Below are positions 50,270 to 64,000 of a stretch of DNA of 64,000 bases, in pieces; position 1 is the stretch's first letter; the number at the start of each line of letters is the position of its first letter. Source of the DNA: Octopus sinensis (taxonomy: Eukaryota); contig NC_043001.1 of the NCBI RefSeq assembly GCF_006345805.1, positions 48,422,001 through 48,486,000 of the forward strand. The letters are read 5' to 3'. A program made the translations under genes and the position numbers. Under the pieces are notes generated by a model. The model was not told the origin of the DNA. It did no database searches and saw only the letters and a list, made by a program, of their open reading frames with translations.

Positions 50270-51420
50270 CGTGATGTGAAGACAATTTGAAAGCTCGCTA
50301 CCCAATTAAATTTCGTGTTAGACTGGGCAAAGACGCTACAGAAAATTATGAAATACTCCAGACTACCGATGAATTAACTTGTATGAGCTGAGCATGTTTT
50401 ACGCTGACACGAGTTGTCCGACAAGGCAATCCGCTGGGAAGGTCGTGGTGATCCCCTTTCTAGACAGTAAGTGTATCACTACGGAAGGCGGCGAGCTGGC
50501 AGAAACGTTAGCACGCCGGGCGAAATGCGTAGCCGTATTTCGTCTACCGTTACGTTCTGAGTTCAAATTCCGCCGAGGTCGACTTTGCCTTTCATCCTTT
50601 CGGGGTCAATAAATTAAGTACTAGTTACGCACTAGGGTCGATATAATCGACTTAATCCGTTTGTCTGTCCTTGTTTGTCCTCTATGTGTTTAGCCCCTTG
50701 TGTGTAGTAAAGAAATAGGTATTTCGTCTGCCGCTACGTTCTGAGTTCAAATTCCGCCGAGGTCGACTTTGCCTTTCATCCTTTCGGGGTCGATTAAATA
50801 AGTACCAGTTACGCACTGGGGTCGATATAATCGACTTAATCCGTTTGTCTGTCCTTGTTTGTCTTCTCTGTGTGTAGCCCCTTGTGGGCAGTAAAGAAAT
50901 AAGTAAGGATATCATCTAGATTCACTGGGTTTCCTCTGACCAAATAGTTTAGAAACGGCACTTTGTGAAGATTTTGATTGAGTTCAGGAAGAGATTTCGT
51001 CGAAAAAGGCCAGAGCTCTTCCATTCGGCTTGTTGGCACATGCACCAATACAATGCACCAGACCACAGCTCGATCCTGGTAACCAACTACTTGACTTAGA
51101 AGGGCTCCAAAACTCCCTCACCCTCCCTACAGTCCAGATCTTTCCCCCTTTGACTTTTGGTTGTTCCCCAGGTTGAAAAAGAACTTAAGGGGCAGTTGTT
51201 TTGATGACATTGAGAAGATGAAGGAGGCTGTGACAAGGGTCCTGGACACCTTCACTTCAGAAGACTTCCATGGGGGTCTTCACGAAGTGGCTGGAGTTCT
51301 ACACCAAGTGCACTGAAGCCAGGGGTGCCCAACTTTGATGGAAATTAGAATTTTGTACTTCTTTGAGTGGAATAGATGTCTTTCCTGAAAATGTCTCAAA
51401 ACTTCTGGAGAGCACTTTGT
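50270..51420 (+). mobile_element. Internally deleted mariner transposon remnant interrupted by a SINE dimer
   Basis: IKFRVRLGKDATE near 50305; HQYNAPDH and YSPDLSPFDFWLFPRLKKNLRG at about 51040-51190. Confidence 0.8.
50486..50901 (+). mobile_element. Family A SINE dimer with Tx1-like tails
   Basis: Junction aaagaaata|ggtatttcgtctg at 50717/50718; degenerate TSD agtaag..tatca on both flanks. Confidence 0.88.
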
Positions 51421-52736
51421 AAATAACTTCTGAGGTAAAATATATGAATAGGCTTTTATGATGGAAATACTGAATTTTGTATTGTTAACAAAAGCATTGA
51501 AAATAGACTTTTGAAGTAAAATCCCAACATAAAAAGTTTATTATGCAAATATTCACTTTAAATTTGTTACCGAAAATATGAATATAAAACACTTCTAAGG
51601 CAAAAAAATGTTACAAGTTCCAGGAAATAACATTTGTGTAGTCTTAACCATAATGCCTTTGTATTTGTTCGTTGTTACACCGAAATTGATAATTCCACAT
51701 TAACTGAAGGAATATGTGATCTATAAGTTTAAATTTGCGAATTAAATTTTCATATAACTACATCAAATGAAAAGTAGTTAAAAATGACTAATTATAGAAG
51801 GAGTGGCTGTGAAAATATGGACATTTTTTAACTTCTACTGAAATAGAAATTTTGTTGTTTGTATCGGGGTTTCTCATAGGGATAGGCTTTCAACGTTTGA
51901 AGAGGAATCGAACAAAATGCTTTCTTTAATAAAACTAGGATGGTTGTTAAATTTTTAAACCCGATCAACAACATGACGAAGAAAACAATGAATTATATGA
52001 CTCATATAGTTTTGTCGTCTGGTTAATAAAGAGACGAGCAAAAAAAATTTCACTAATTTTAGTTGGTGATAGGGCTGATATTTGTCAGTTTCAGAACCAC
52101 TGGTTAAAGTGAATGAAGTATTTAACTTACAGTGAATTACAGAGTATTTAACTTATAGTGAAAATAGAGTTCAAGAGATAATTTTGTGATTTTTAAAAAA
52201 TAAATTTCTCTTCTCTGTTTTATATTTGTTTTGCAAGATCATAAATATAACATCATGTGTTGAAACTGATACTGTTGCATTTTGGGAGGGCCATACAGTT
52301 AATAAAATGCACGCACTTGCTGTGTTTCACTTCAGTTTTATTACCAGTCAATTAAATAATAAATCAGTTGATCAATCGGTTAATCGACTAATTTATCAAA
52401 CGTTTCTTCATCACAATCTGTTACCTTATCAATCATTATGTGTCCCTAAAGTGCCTCTTTCGCCTCGTTACATCTAATTTTTACCTATATTCTAATTCAT
52501 AGTTTTAAACAGGATTTTACTAATTGATTTTTATGTATTGTATTGACGTATATTTATGCCAAATATACAAATGAGCAATTACTTTTATTTAAACTTAATT
52601 TAGAAGGATGAATATGTTATCTTCAAAACTGGTATTCGTTTCATATATATATATAACAAAGTGCTGAAAGGGAGATCAAAAGGATAAGCATTATCAGTAA
52701 TAGATAATATCTATTAATAATGTGACTGTAATTATT

Positions 52737-53078
52737 AGGTGACCGAATCGTTAACCGGCCGGGTAAAATACTTAAAGGCATTTCGTCCGTCATTTCGTTC
52801 TGAGTTCAAATTCCACCGAGGTCGACTTTGTCTTTCATCCCTTTCTGAGTTGATAAGATGTGTACAAGGCAAGCTGACAGAGTCGTTACCGCGCCGGCAA
52901 AATTGCTCGGCGGCATTTCTTCCCACTTTACATTCTTAGTTCAAATACCGCCGTGGTCAATATTGCCTTTCATCCCTTCAGAGCCGATAAAGTAAGTATT
53001 ATTTGAACACTAGGGTCGATGTAAAAGACTTACCCGCTGCCGTGAAACTGCTTGACTTGTGCCAAATCTTTGAAACCA
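52737..53078 (+). mobile_element. Two adjacent degenerate family A SINEs
   Basis: Heads near 52738 and 52868, each with a gttcaaat B box. Confidence 0.7.
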
Positions 53079-53130
53079 ATACACACACACACACACCACA
53101 CACACACACATATATATATATATATAATAT

Positions 53131-53172
<42 letters not shown>

Positions 53173-53337
53173 TAGATAAATGAAAGAATGGAGTCGAACG
53201 GCGATTTAACAAAATTCCTTTCTGCCCTTGGCATGTAGCTTCAACCGTGCTTTCTGACGTAAATTTGCTACCCGGGTATCGGTGAACCGAATTATCCATA
53301 CTAGGATAATTCATTCAACTACTTAAATATATATATA

Positions 53338-53490
53338 TACAACGGGCTTCTTTCAGTTCAGTTTCCGCCTACCAAATCCACTCACAAGGCTTTGATCGGA
53401 CCGAGACTATAATAGAAGGCACCTGCCCAAGGTGCCATGCGGTGTGTTTGAACCTGAAAGCATGTGGTTTGGAAGCAATCTTTCTTACCC
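53338..53490 (-). mobile_element. SINE family C, 5' half
   Basis: acgggcttctttcag...ctaccaaatccactcacaaggc...gcccaaggtgcca. Confidence 0.7.
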
Positions 53491-53675
53491 ACTAACAAAA
53501 GGTCTTCAAATTCACAAAAATTTCACAAAGCTAACTAGCCTGAGACGAAGCCGTTTGACCTAATAACAAAATCACACAACAAAAACTAATATTATTTTAT
53601 TCAAAACAAAATTCAGTAAATATATATGATCTCCAAAACGACATTTTTCTCATGCAAACGCAAGAACAATAAAAC

Positions 53676-53741
53676 GACTACAAAAACAACAACAGCAACA
53701 AAAACAACAACAGCAACAAAAACAACAACAGCAACAAAAAC

Positions 53742-53804
<63 letters not shown>
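53676..53804. repeat. 18-bp minisatellite (acaaaaacaacaacagca) x3 plus (AAT)n
   Basis: Directly visible. Confidence 0.9.
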
Positions 53805-53806
<2 letters not shown>

Positions 53807-55730
53807 CAATGCAAGCAAATAAGATATTTGCGTTGCTTATTGACTGACAATACATGGCTCGTAAACAATGACAACACGTTTTATTTTCCACAAATAACAT
53901 TATACGTATGTGAAAAAAATAATTTGTTTTATTCAATAATTTAAAGAAAACAACAAAACGAAAAAGAAACTTTAAATAAGTCAATTTTATGAAGTTTTCC
54001 TGTAACTTTCTTCAGTGATTTTTTTTGTCTATGGATTTCTTTTCTGTGACTTGTTTATTTCAAACAACTACACCAGCAACTTCCATATAAACATAACATA
54101 CAAGTCAAGTACACAGAAATAGCTGTAGTATCAATAAGTTGATTAATTTCAAGCGCTGTCTGTTGTATCCACCTCCGTTACTTACTGGAATATTACGAGC
54201 TAATGAAGGAGACCTGTGACAAGTAGTAACTAAATTTCCCTTATATCACATCCTACTTTGTTATAGAACATAGATCATTAGATAGTAGTCTTCTTGCTCC
54301 TAAATAGACGGGATGGCCGTGAGTAGAACGCTTTTGATCGTAGACCTACTCAATCAGTTTTGAACTTGGATTAAATAACAGTAACTATTTTACGTCAAGA
54401 AAGGAGCCTCTGAGCGGTCGTTCAACCTGCTAGAAAAGCAACTAAATCTTCCTCAGTGTCACACCGTACTGTCTTAATAAAACGACACATTGTATAATGC
54501 GGTATGAGTTACACAGGTTTTGGTATGGAAGATAGGCTTTCCATGGCTAGGAAACCTTTATTCAAAAGTTTGCTTTTAATTCTAGCTGATCTGAACCTAA
54601 ATGACAGAAACTGAACAGTGGAATAGAAGAAAATCCTCTGATGAAACCTTTATTGTATGGTCCGCCTTACTGGATGGTCACTGCATATCTGGCCTCTTAT
54701 ATTAATAGGAAACTTTGTGTTCTCATTACAAGAGATCTGTAGCCTGCCCTCACTTTTTCGACCAATTATCTGCTTACCTTCGGCTTATACAGTCAAGCTT
54801 GTCCTTTCACTAGAGAACAACAACAACTTCCAAAGACAGTAAATTGACAGAATTGTTAGAACATACGGCAAAATGATTTGCAATTTTGTTCTGGAATTTG
54901 CGCTCTAAATTCAAACCTCACCGATATGAGCAAATTTACCCTTCATCTTGTCCAGTTTAATAAAATGGTGTTCTAATCTACAGTGTTCCATTGGCGGAAT
55001 TGTTAGACCATAGGAGGAGATACGTTGCATTCTTTTTCAGTTGCATTCTTTCTTCAGTGACATTTTCTGTGGATTTCTTTTCTTTGACTTGTTTATGCCA
55101 AACAACAGCGCCTTCCGGATAGACATTAAACATAAATCAAACACGCAGAAATTTCAGCAGTACCAATATCAATAAGTTCATTAGTCTTAATCACTGTCGG
55201 TTGTATCCACATTCGTTAGCTATTGGAATATTGCGAGCTAGCGAAGGAGACCTCTTAGTAACCGTCTATGAGCGTAATTGTTTAAATAACTTTGCTATCC
55301 TGAGAAGATATAAACATTTTCAGATCTTCACCCTCGACCCAGCAGAACATTCAGCAAGTAACAACTAGCAGGGTGAGAAAAAAAGCGCTGTACTAACACG
55401 CAGCCGGTACTAAGTAAACTGGAAAAACATGAAATAGAGTTCCTTGCTCAAGGACACAACAGCCCTCATGTACCAGGAATTAAACTGACACTCTTATGAT
55501 TATGGGCTGAATATCAGAAACCATTAAACTACATGCCTTCACATACAAATGATTAATACTAACGAAACATTAATCTTATTTGATAAATTCAACTGGGCAC
55601 AACACGTACGAAAACTGCTAATTTATAAGAATTTAATATGTTAACAACAAACAGAAATAACCCAGTTTAAATTAATTAAATAATTAATTAATTATTCGTA
55701 ATAAGACACTAGGATTATCTAATGTGCGAT

Positions 55731-55853
<123 letters not shown>

Positions 55854-55881
55854 GTTTGCATATACATACACGTGCGTGTTT

Positions 55882-55923
<42 letters not shown>

Positions 55924-56206
55924 TTCTGTGTGTACGTACACATATGCATATATTTACACGCACATACATACATGCATACATATATGTAAAGAGAGAGAGC
56001 GAGAGAGAGAATGGGAGAAAGAGAGAGAGACAGAGAGGGAGAAAGAGAGAGAGACAGAGCGGGAGAAAGAGAGACGTTTACTTACTCTTGTATTGGTTCT
56101 AGCATGTGAGCTGTTTAATGTCGATGCACTTATGCTCTACGTTTGCACACAAAAGTACACCAATTAGAAAAAGAAAGGTAGAAATAATTACATTGTACGA
56201 GAGGAA

Positions 56207-56241
<35 letters not shown>

Positions 56242-56744
56242 AAAGATACCATCTTCACTTCTTAGATTTTACCACATCAGCTACTCAAATAATTACCAAG
56301 AACAATAAGTGCATATATACATATATATATGATACTTAATAGCAACCAATTAATGTCATTTAAAATCAATTATTATCAAGCAATTCTGCAGAAAAACAAA
56401 GAAAATTATACGATATATGATTAACTATATTATAACTGAGAATAACGTGTCACTATGCATATGTAAATACATCGCAAAATATAAATTTACTGCGGCAATC
56501 GTCCGAAGATAATATCTCTTACGGACGTGCTGTGTTTAAAAACATGTGTCCTTCTACTGGCGAATGGTAAGAATGCTATATGCATTTCTGCCCCCTTAGG
56601 GTAGATCGCTACTTTAGTCTAATACTGCTTCTGTTGCATATAACATCTGTATATATACATCTGTGTGTGTATGTGTGTATATGTGTGTGTGTGTGTCTGT
56701 CTGTCTGTCTGTTTGTGTCTGTGTGTGTGTGTGTGTGCGTACAA

Positions 56745-56937
56745 GGTGAACTGGAAGAATCTTTAGCACGCCGTGCAAAATGTTTGGCGGCATTTCGTCC
56801 GTCAAATTCCGCCGAAGTCGGCTTTACCTTTTATTGTTTTTAGAGTCGAGAATACTGTACCAGTTGAGTACTGGGGTTGATGATATCGACTTTCACTTCC
56901 CCCGAAACTACTGGCCTTGCGCCAAAATTTGAAACCT
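56745..56937 (+). mobile_element. SINE family A, degenerate
   Basis: ggtgaactggaagaatctttagcacgcc...aaattccgccgaagtcg. Confidence 0.7.
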
Positions 56938-57078
56938 ACATATATATACTGGCTTTTAACAATAGGTTTCCCTTATCCTGAAAAGTAATTTTTAATCGAA
57001 AAAACTTCTAAGCGATGAACTTTTATCTTACCTTATATATTATTTATTTATATGTTTCCTATATATATGTATTTTTAT

Positions 57079-57271
57079 TTGCCGAGTGGTACCCGCGTGA
57101 GCGGAAAAGACCACCTGGAAAACCTCCACGACGGTGGAGTGACGATTTCAAGAGGACGATTGGGATCACGTGGATGAGAAAGGCGCGATCCAGAGAGGAG
57201 TGGACAGCGTGCTGTGACCAGCGGTGTCAAATGGACGCCTGACGGACTGGTCGGTCAAAGTGATCAAAGTG
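57079..57271 (+). mobile_element. 5'-truncated RTE-clade LINE 3' end
   Basis: EWYPRERKRPPGKPPRRWSDDF..W.R.AR.R..W; tail (tcaaagtga)x2; 12-bp TSD atgtatttttat at 57067-57078 / 57272-57283. Confidence 0.8.
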
Positions 57272-57605
57272 ATGTATTTTTATATCTTTTTATATATCTA
57301 TATATTTATATATTTCTTTATATTTTTATGTATTTATTATTCTAGATGTTGTAATGTTAAAATATATATTTTTTAGTCGCTAAAGTATTAACCATTTACT
57401 TTTAATCGCGATGAACTATATTCACACATTTTTCTTATATTTTTCTTATATGTTTGTATTGATGAGTTGTGTTTCATCTTCCGTGATTTTATGCATGTAT
57501 ATTCTATGCGTAAGAAAAAGCATTATGTGATTAAATGTTCGAGATAAGAAATGTTACGTGGATGACCTTATATTTGTTTGTTCTGCAACCATAATTTAAT
57601 TATAC

Positions 57606-57708
<103 letters not shown>

Positions 57709-58546
57709 ACTGAAACATCCGCTTGTCACCTTGTGACCCCCCTTTAATAAGACAGTGTTCAAATCGTCTCCAAAAGTAATTGATGACTAACTAGCTTGAC
57801 ACTTCAGTTGCCTACTCTAAAGAAAGGAAATTGAGACTGTATGATACAGACTGAAGATAGATAAGGAATGGAAAAGGTAGAGATGTGCATTGTGAGACAA
57901 ATTTACTGAGCAAGGACCTGACGCCGGATTGCTGAACCCCATGTAGAAAAAACTAAAACTCTAACAGATCACATCCTACTGTCTTGATTAAGACTACATC
58001 GAACAATAAATTCCCTGATATACAAATGACAGGATAGTAAAGACTAGAACAATCGTATCATACATTTGTTATGACGGTGCTGAAAATACACTTCTAAAAA
58101 GTTTAGGAGATATAGCAGCGAAATTCTCTTCAAATCAAACTTTGGTATTGAATTAGAGATAAATAAAGCGGTCTTTCCACGTTTAAATCTGCACGAACAT
58201 GTTAAATAAATATGTAATTGTAGGCATATATTTCAATAAGCGTTGCTGCATGCGTCTCTAGTTAATTAAATACAAGAAAGGTTGTTTTTTAGTCGACTAC
58301 GAACGACGGATTCGGTGTCTAACAAATGAAGCGTAACGATACGGAAATGCACGCATCCTACGGTTCGACGGCATCAATCATAACGCAGTGATACATTTTG
58401 ACACGGATTGCTTGTACGGAAAATCTTTTTTCCGGTGACAATTTCTGCAACGAAAATATTCCATCGTTCTAATGTCCACGAACATCTTAAACATGATTGT
58501 GCGTACATATATTTTAATGAACGAAGTTTCGTGCGCCTCTTGTTCA

Positions 58547-58585
<39 letters not shown>

Positions 58586-58616
58586 TACAAATACAAACAT
58601 GCAAAACATACATACA

Positions 58617-58652
<36 letters not shown>

Positions 58653-58659
58653 TATACTA

Positions 58660-58691
<32 letters not shown>

Positions 58692-60298
58692 CGCGGGAAG
58701 GAAAGTTTCTATCGAAGATGCGTATCGCCTTCACCTTCGAAACGCAGAGTAGATGAAACCATAGCGACTGAAGAAGGGGAATTTTCCTTGTGTTATTTGT
58801 CCTGTACTCTATTTTTTCGTTGTTTAAGAAAAATGTCCAGTTCCTTGGTTTTGTGTATATGTTTTCGTTTCTCTTTGTGTTCGACGTTTTTTTTTGGTGT
58901 CCTGTACCTATATATGCGTGTATATATACATGTAGAGGTAGGTACGTACATATATGTATGTATATATGCATATGTTTTATTTATTAATTTATTATATATA
59001 TATATATGGGGGAGGAATAGCGGAATTATTTGTGCATATCTATGTATGCATATAAAATATTACAAATATAGATATACCATCGCGATTACTGATAGTTTCA
59101 TGTCCCAGGATTAATCATTAGACTATCTTTTTGTTTTTTACTCATCTCAAAATACACAGAACAAGGTCTGTTTTAAGGTGCCTTATTCTATACAGAACAA
59201 AGTTATTTCCACTTAATAGCACAATGAAACTCAAGAGCTGATATGAAAAATAATTTTTTTAAGGTATAATAGATCAAAAGCTGAAAGCTGTATCTCGGTC
59301 AATATCAAAGAATTGTAAGAAAAGAAATGCGTCAATAGGAGAGGAAAGAAAGAAAGAAAGAAAGAAAGATAGAAGGAAATGCGAAAATTAAGAGTACTGA
59401 AAATAATGTGTGCATACATGCTTATTTATGTTTAAATGCATGAGATTTCATGCCTTTGGGAAGTATATATGATATAGCTTAGTTACGTAAGAGGTGCTTC
59501 TCAAAATGACAATTCTCTTCACTGGTGTTCTAATAGAGATTGCTCTTATGCGAGTTTTGTTTATATATGTTTTTCTTTGCTCAGCAAAGTTCAGTTTCTT
59601 TCCATTCTGATGGGATCTTGATATTTTAATAATCTTTCATTTGACGTAGTAATTGGTAATTTGTACTTTTAGTCTGCAGGTGTAATCTCTTAATATTGTC
59701 GCATTCCCTTCTATGATATATTTAAATGACGGCGTATAGTTGTAATCTTTTCTTGAAATTCCCTACGGTCATTCCTATATATAGTGTACGGTGTTTGGTT
59801 TTGTAGAATATACTATGCTTCATACATTTAGATCCTGCAGCAAGTTATTCATTACGCACGTGTCAACGATTTTGCATATATATGAGGGGCTGATTTTCTT
59901 GGACGACGTATACATATGATATTATGTTCTTCATGTTTATCGTAGCTTAATTTAAGACTGTGTATGTTGAAAACCGTTTTTATAATTTCTGCTGCTTAGA
60001 AAGTGCTTTTTTTTATATTTTAACTTATCTAGTTTCAGCTCACGAGCTGTGGCCATGCTGGGGCACCGCCATTTTGCATATTTATTAAAATTAAGGAAGT
60101 TCTGTGGTTTTAGATTTGTGATATATGTGTGTGTGTGTTTGTGTGCATATGAATGTGTATGTATGTTGATGTGTGAATATATTGTAACATGTGAGCAATA
60201 CGTGAAATTAACATGAAACTATATATTCAATCTTACACATTCCCCCTTCCTTTCTTTCTCTCTCTCATTTTCAGATATATCTATAATATATAATATAT

Positions 60299-60368
<70 letters not shown>

Positions 60369-60904
60369 CATACATACATACACACACACACCTATATATA
60401 TATATATATATATATATAGGTATGTATACATACGTACATGCATACACACACACATATATATATATATACATATATATAAACACACACACATATATATATA
60501 TAGAGAGAGAGAGGGGGGAGAGAGAGAGAGAGAGAGAGAGAGAAAAGCACCAATATAAGTACCAACAAATACATAGAGACATATGTATGCACTCATATAC
60601 ACACACACACGTCTGTGTGTATTTTGATGGAAGGAAATTTCTTTGACTAAACTACTATAAAGTCTGTCTTCTTTTATTATTGACCTGCTCATCTACCCCA
60701 AAGAAATGTTTGGTTTAGTCCGGAAAGCAAGTTAATACTACGTTGGCAATTATTTATAATATCCCAGTAGATCTATTCGTAAGAGTAACTATTTTCATTT
60801 TTATGGTATATAACTTGGGATGACCTTGCGTTTAACTTCTGTTTCAGAACATTTATAAGATTTATTTTAACTATGTTATAAGCAGGGTGGAACTGAGCGT
60901 TGTA

Positions 60905-61290
60905 ATGGCGTGACTGTACCGTAAAAAATTTGTTTCCCAACCACATGGTTCCGGGTTCTATCTTGGGAAAGTTTCTTCCACTATAGCTCCGCGCCGATCA
61001 AAGCCTTGTGAATAGTTTCGGTAGACGGAAAATAAAAGACTCCTGTCGTAAGCACACACACACACACATATATATAGTGTATGTATGTGTTTGTGTTTGT
61101 CCCACACCATTGTTTGACAGTAGGTGTTCGGGGTTTTTACGCCCGTGCAACTTAGCGGTTTGACGAATGAAAACTGATAGAATATGTACCAAGCTTAAAA
61201 ATCAAGCACTGGAGCCGATCCGTTCGACTAAGATCCTTGAAAGTAGTGCTCCAACATGGCCGCAATGCAATGACTGAAACAAGTAAAGGA
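60905..61290 (+). mobile_element. SINE family C
   Basis: ccaaccacatggttccgggttc...ggtagacggaaa...catggccgcaatgcaatgactgaaacaagt. Confidence 0.75.
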
Positions 61291-62999
61291 AATATAACGA
61301 TAAAAGATATTCCGTGTGTTACTGTATTTACATTGACCGGATTACACTTCGTGCCTTGTGTGTTATTCAATTTATATGAGAACTGTCTAATATTTGTTTA
61401 TAAGATGGCAGGATGGATATAGCAACGGACAAAATGGCTTGCAGTCGTTATGTCTTTTAACATTCAGAGTCCAATTCCCATCGATATTCATTTTAGCTTT
61501 CATCTATCTAGGGTCGATAAAACAGTACCAGTCAAATGCTAGGATCGATACAATCGACAGTCCCTCCCATAAATTTTCTGGCCTTTTATCTGCGTTAGAA
61601 ATCGATGTATTTGTCAATAAGTTAGGATAGCAGTTATTGACAATACTTGCATTTATTCTAGCTAATTCGGCATCTAAATTTTCTCTGGATAAAATACAAA
61701 TTGACGATACATTTAAGAAATCTTCTGATAATGGATATTTTAATTAAACAGCATTTCAGTACACGCTGGGATGTTTATGGTTCTGTATAAAGTTTAGTCT
61801 AAAACCACTGGTTAGGAGATCTTTATATTCAAATTTGAAAATGAGTATTGATTATTAACTTTACGTTCACAAGAATATATATGCGCATGTGTATGCGTAT
61901 GTATATGTATACCTATAGACATATATAAGTGTGTATATGTGTATATACTAGTAAGTAATGCTCCTTCCCGAGTCATATAGACTCATAAATAAACGTACAC
62001 AAACACATATACACTCGCTCAAATATATAAATATATTTTACACAAACACAAACATACATACACGCACAAACATTCACATTCCTCCCGTTTGCACGCACAC
62101 ACACATACTCACAGTTGAAGCGCTGTTTGATTTTTGTTTCACCGTTGACTTTTAACCATCCGACTTCCATCGGTGGATCACCCCTTCCTTTCTCATTCAT
62201 ATGTTGTGACGAAGTATTATTATAAAAGATTATTATAGTAGAAAATACACGACACTCCCTTTGCCATTTCCTCTCGCCCATTTCTTTTACTTTCTCTCAC
62301 TCCCTCTCAGTCATGGTTATTACACTCACTACTTTTCCTCCACTGAATTACTATTTTCTTTCCTCTCTTTTCACCCCTACTGCGTGATTTTGGACATCAG
62401 CATGGCCGCAGCTCTAAACTGAAACTAGAGAAAATATATATATATACAACTATATAAAAACACTACGCTCAGTATTATATTACATTATATATTAATTTAT
62501 CTTTGAAGCCACTATTGTTATAATAAAGGGCAGCTTTCTCAAAAATATTTTTGGAATAAGAGCAGTTACACACTCTGTTACTGATATTAGCTATCAGATT
62601 TTTAAATACTATAGGAGGGTGACAAGCCTGTTTATATATATATGTGAGTTTCTCATTAAGCTTATGGAAAGGTTTACACGAGGAGTTTAAATCAAGAGAA
62701 ATCTCTCAATAATCAACTATACAGAGATTAGGAACTACTATAATTTTAATTCCTAATTGATTAAAGTTAGAAATTAGTTGCTTCCTAAATTTACCGAGGA
62801 TTTGACCATCACACCCATGGAAAATATCCAAACCGTCGTCACGGTAAAAGCCTTCACTTTCATCGCTACCTGGTGGTTACCGCCCGTTGACGAGGGACAA
62901 CAATCCCGAAACTAGTTCGAGCGTATCACTCAGGCTTGCGAGGAAGGGATGGCCTCCCTTTGCAAATAATCCAAGGACACTGATATTGTGTCTAAAGCC

Positions 63000-63500
63000 A
63001 GCTTGTTATATTCCAGATGCTTACTTTTGAAATACCATTTATAAGTTTTCCGAGATGGATATTAGAAGCTACTTAAATAATTAATCATTCTCTATTGAAC
63101 ATTTTTCCTGTATTTCCTGATAGCTTTTCCAAATCTATGGTTACATCTAATAAATAAGCACCGGATACTTCGTAATTAATCTTTGTTTGGATAGTATTAT
63201 ACACAAAGTCTCTTCGAAACAAAGATTGCATAATCTGGAATTTGCAACCTATGGGCATGCAATTTTTATTACGAACCAGGAAATGCAGTGCTGAATCTTT
63301 TTTTTGTGTCAGATTCCAGATTACGTAGGCCAGGGATGTGTTGTGTCTTTTGTTTATACGTTTGAATGACGTGACGTGGTTGCGTCATCGATTTTTTAAA
63401 GATATCAAATGTTCCACCTAAATATAAGTATTCTTTTGCTATAGTCCGAACAGTGAATCTGTATAAAATGTGTTTACAATGACATTCATTTCCTACAGAA
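63000..63500 (-). pseudogene. Probable Penelope-like RT remnant
   Basis: Minus-strand MPIG-like and LDVTIDL motifs; hammerhead-like motif nearby at 62881-62923. Confidence 0.4.
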
Positions 63501-63559
63501 CATATGGCTCTATTTCTAAAATTACATTTTTTCATATTATTATAAATATGATCATTATT

Positions 63560-63775
63560 CGCATTATCCAAGTTACTACTATTGGTATTATTGTTATCAT
63601 TATTGTTGTTGGTATTATTAACATTATAATTGCTATTGCCACCGTTATTATTATTACCACTATTATTACTACCATTATTATTGCTATTACTATTATTATT
63701 GTTGATGTTGTTGTTGCTATTCTTCTTCATCTTCTTCTTCTTCTTCTTCTTCTTCTTCTTCTTCTCTTCTTCTTC

Positions 63776-63837
<62 letters not shown>

Positions 63838-63900
63838 ACCATTCTCGTTATTATTATTCTAATTATCTGTATAACTTACACTATTATTGTTATTGTTAAT
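63560..63900. repeat. (ATT)n/(CTT)n trinucleotide low-complexity tract
   Basis: Directly visible. Confidence 0.95.
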
Positions 63901-64000
63901 TTCGATAACACCATTTCCTTTTTAGTTTATTTATATTTTCATGGTTCATGATATAATCAATTTTATTAGTAACGATTCTATAATATCTACCTTTTCTAGC

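Overview
Eukaryotic, AT-rich, repeat-dense DNA. The SINE families and microsatellite style suggest a coleoid cephalopod such as Octopus (inference). No host gene is convincingly supported. The main structure is a 17.5-kb composite at 990-18457 (minus strand), bounded by a perfect 17-bp direct repeat (973-989 / 18458-18474). It is a tRNA-derived SINE split open by a 5'-truncated Tx1-clade LINE (1173-6168) and seven head-to-tail ~1.75-kb ORF1-only (HAL1-like) retroelements (6169-18447). LINE, ORF1-only unit and SINE share one 3' tail. The LINE and that SINE subfamily sit at the same site in the SINE head. Two array copies carry dense strand-specific A>G tracts with ADAR-like context, which look like genomic fossils of hyper-edited RNA. 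The rest of the window holds a decayed Gypsy LTR element with a Tx1 fragment in its 5' LTR, plus Penelope, R4/Dong, RTE, mariner and probable Chapaev-3-like remnants, two non-autonomous Helitrons, a TA-flanked MITE, many SINEs, minimal hammerhead motifs, palindromes and microsatellites. SINE family labels A/B/C are my own; SINE and remnant boundaries are approximate.
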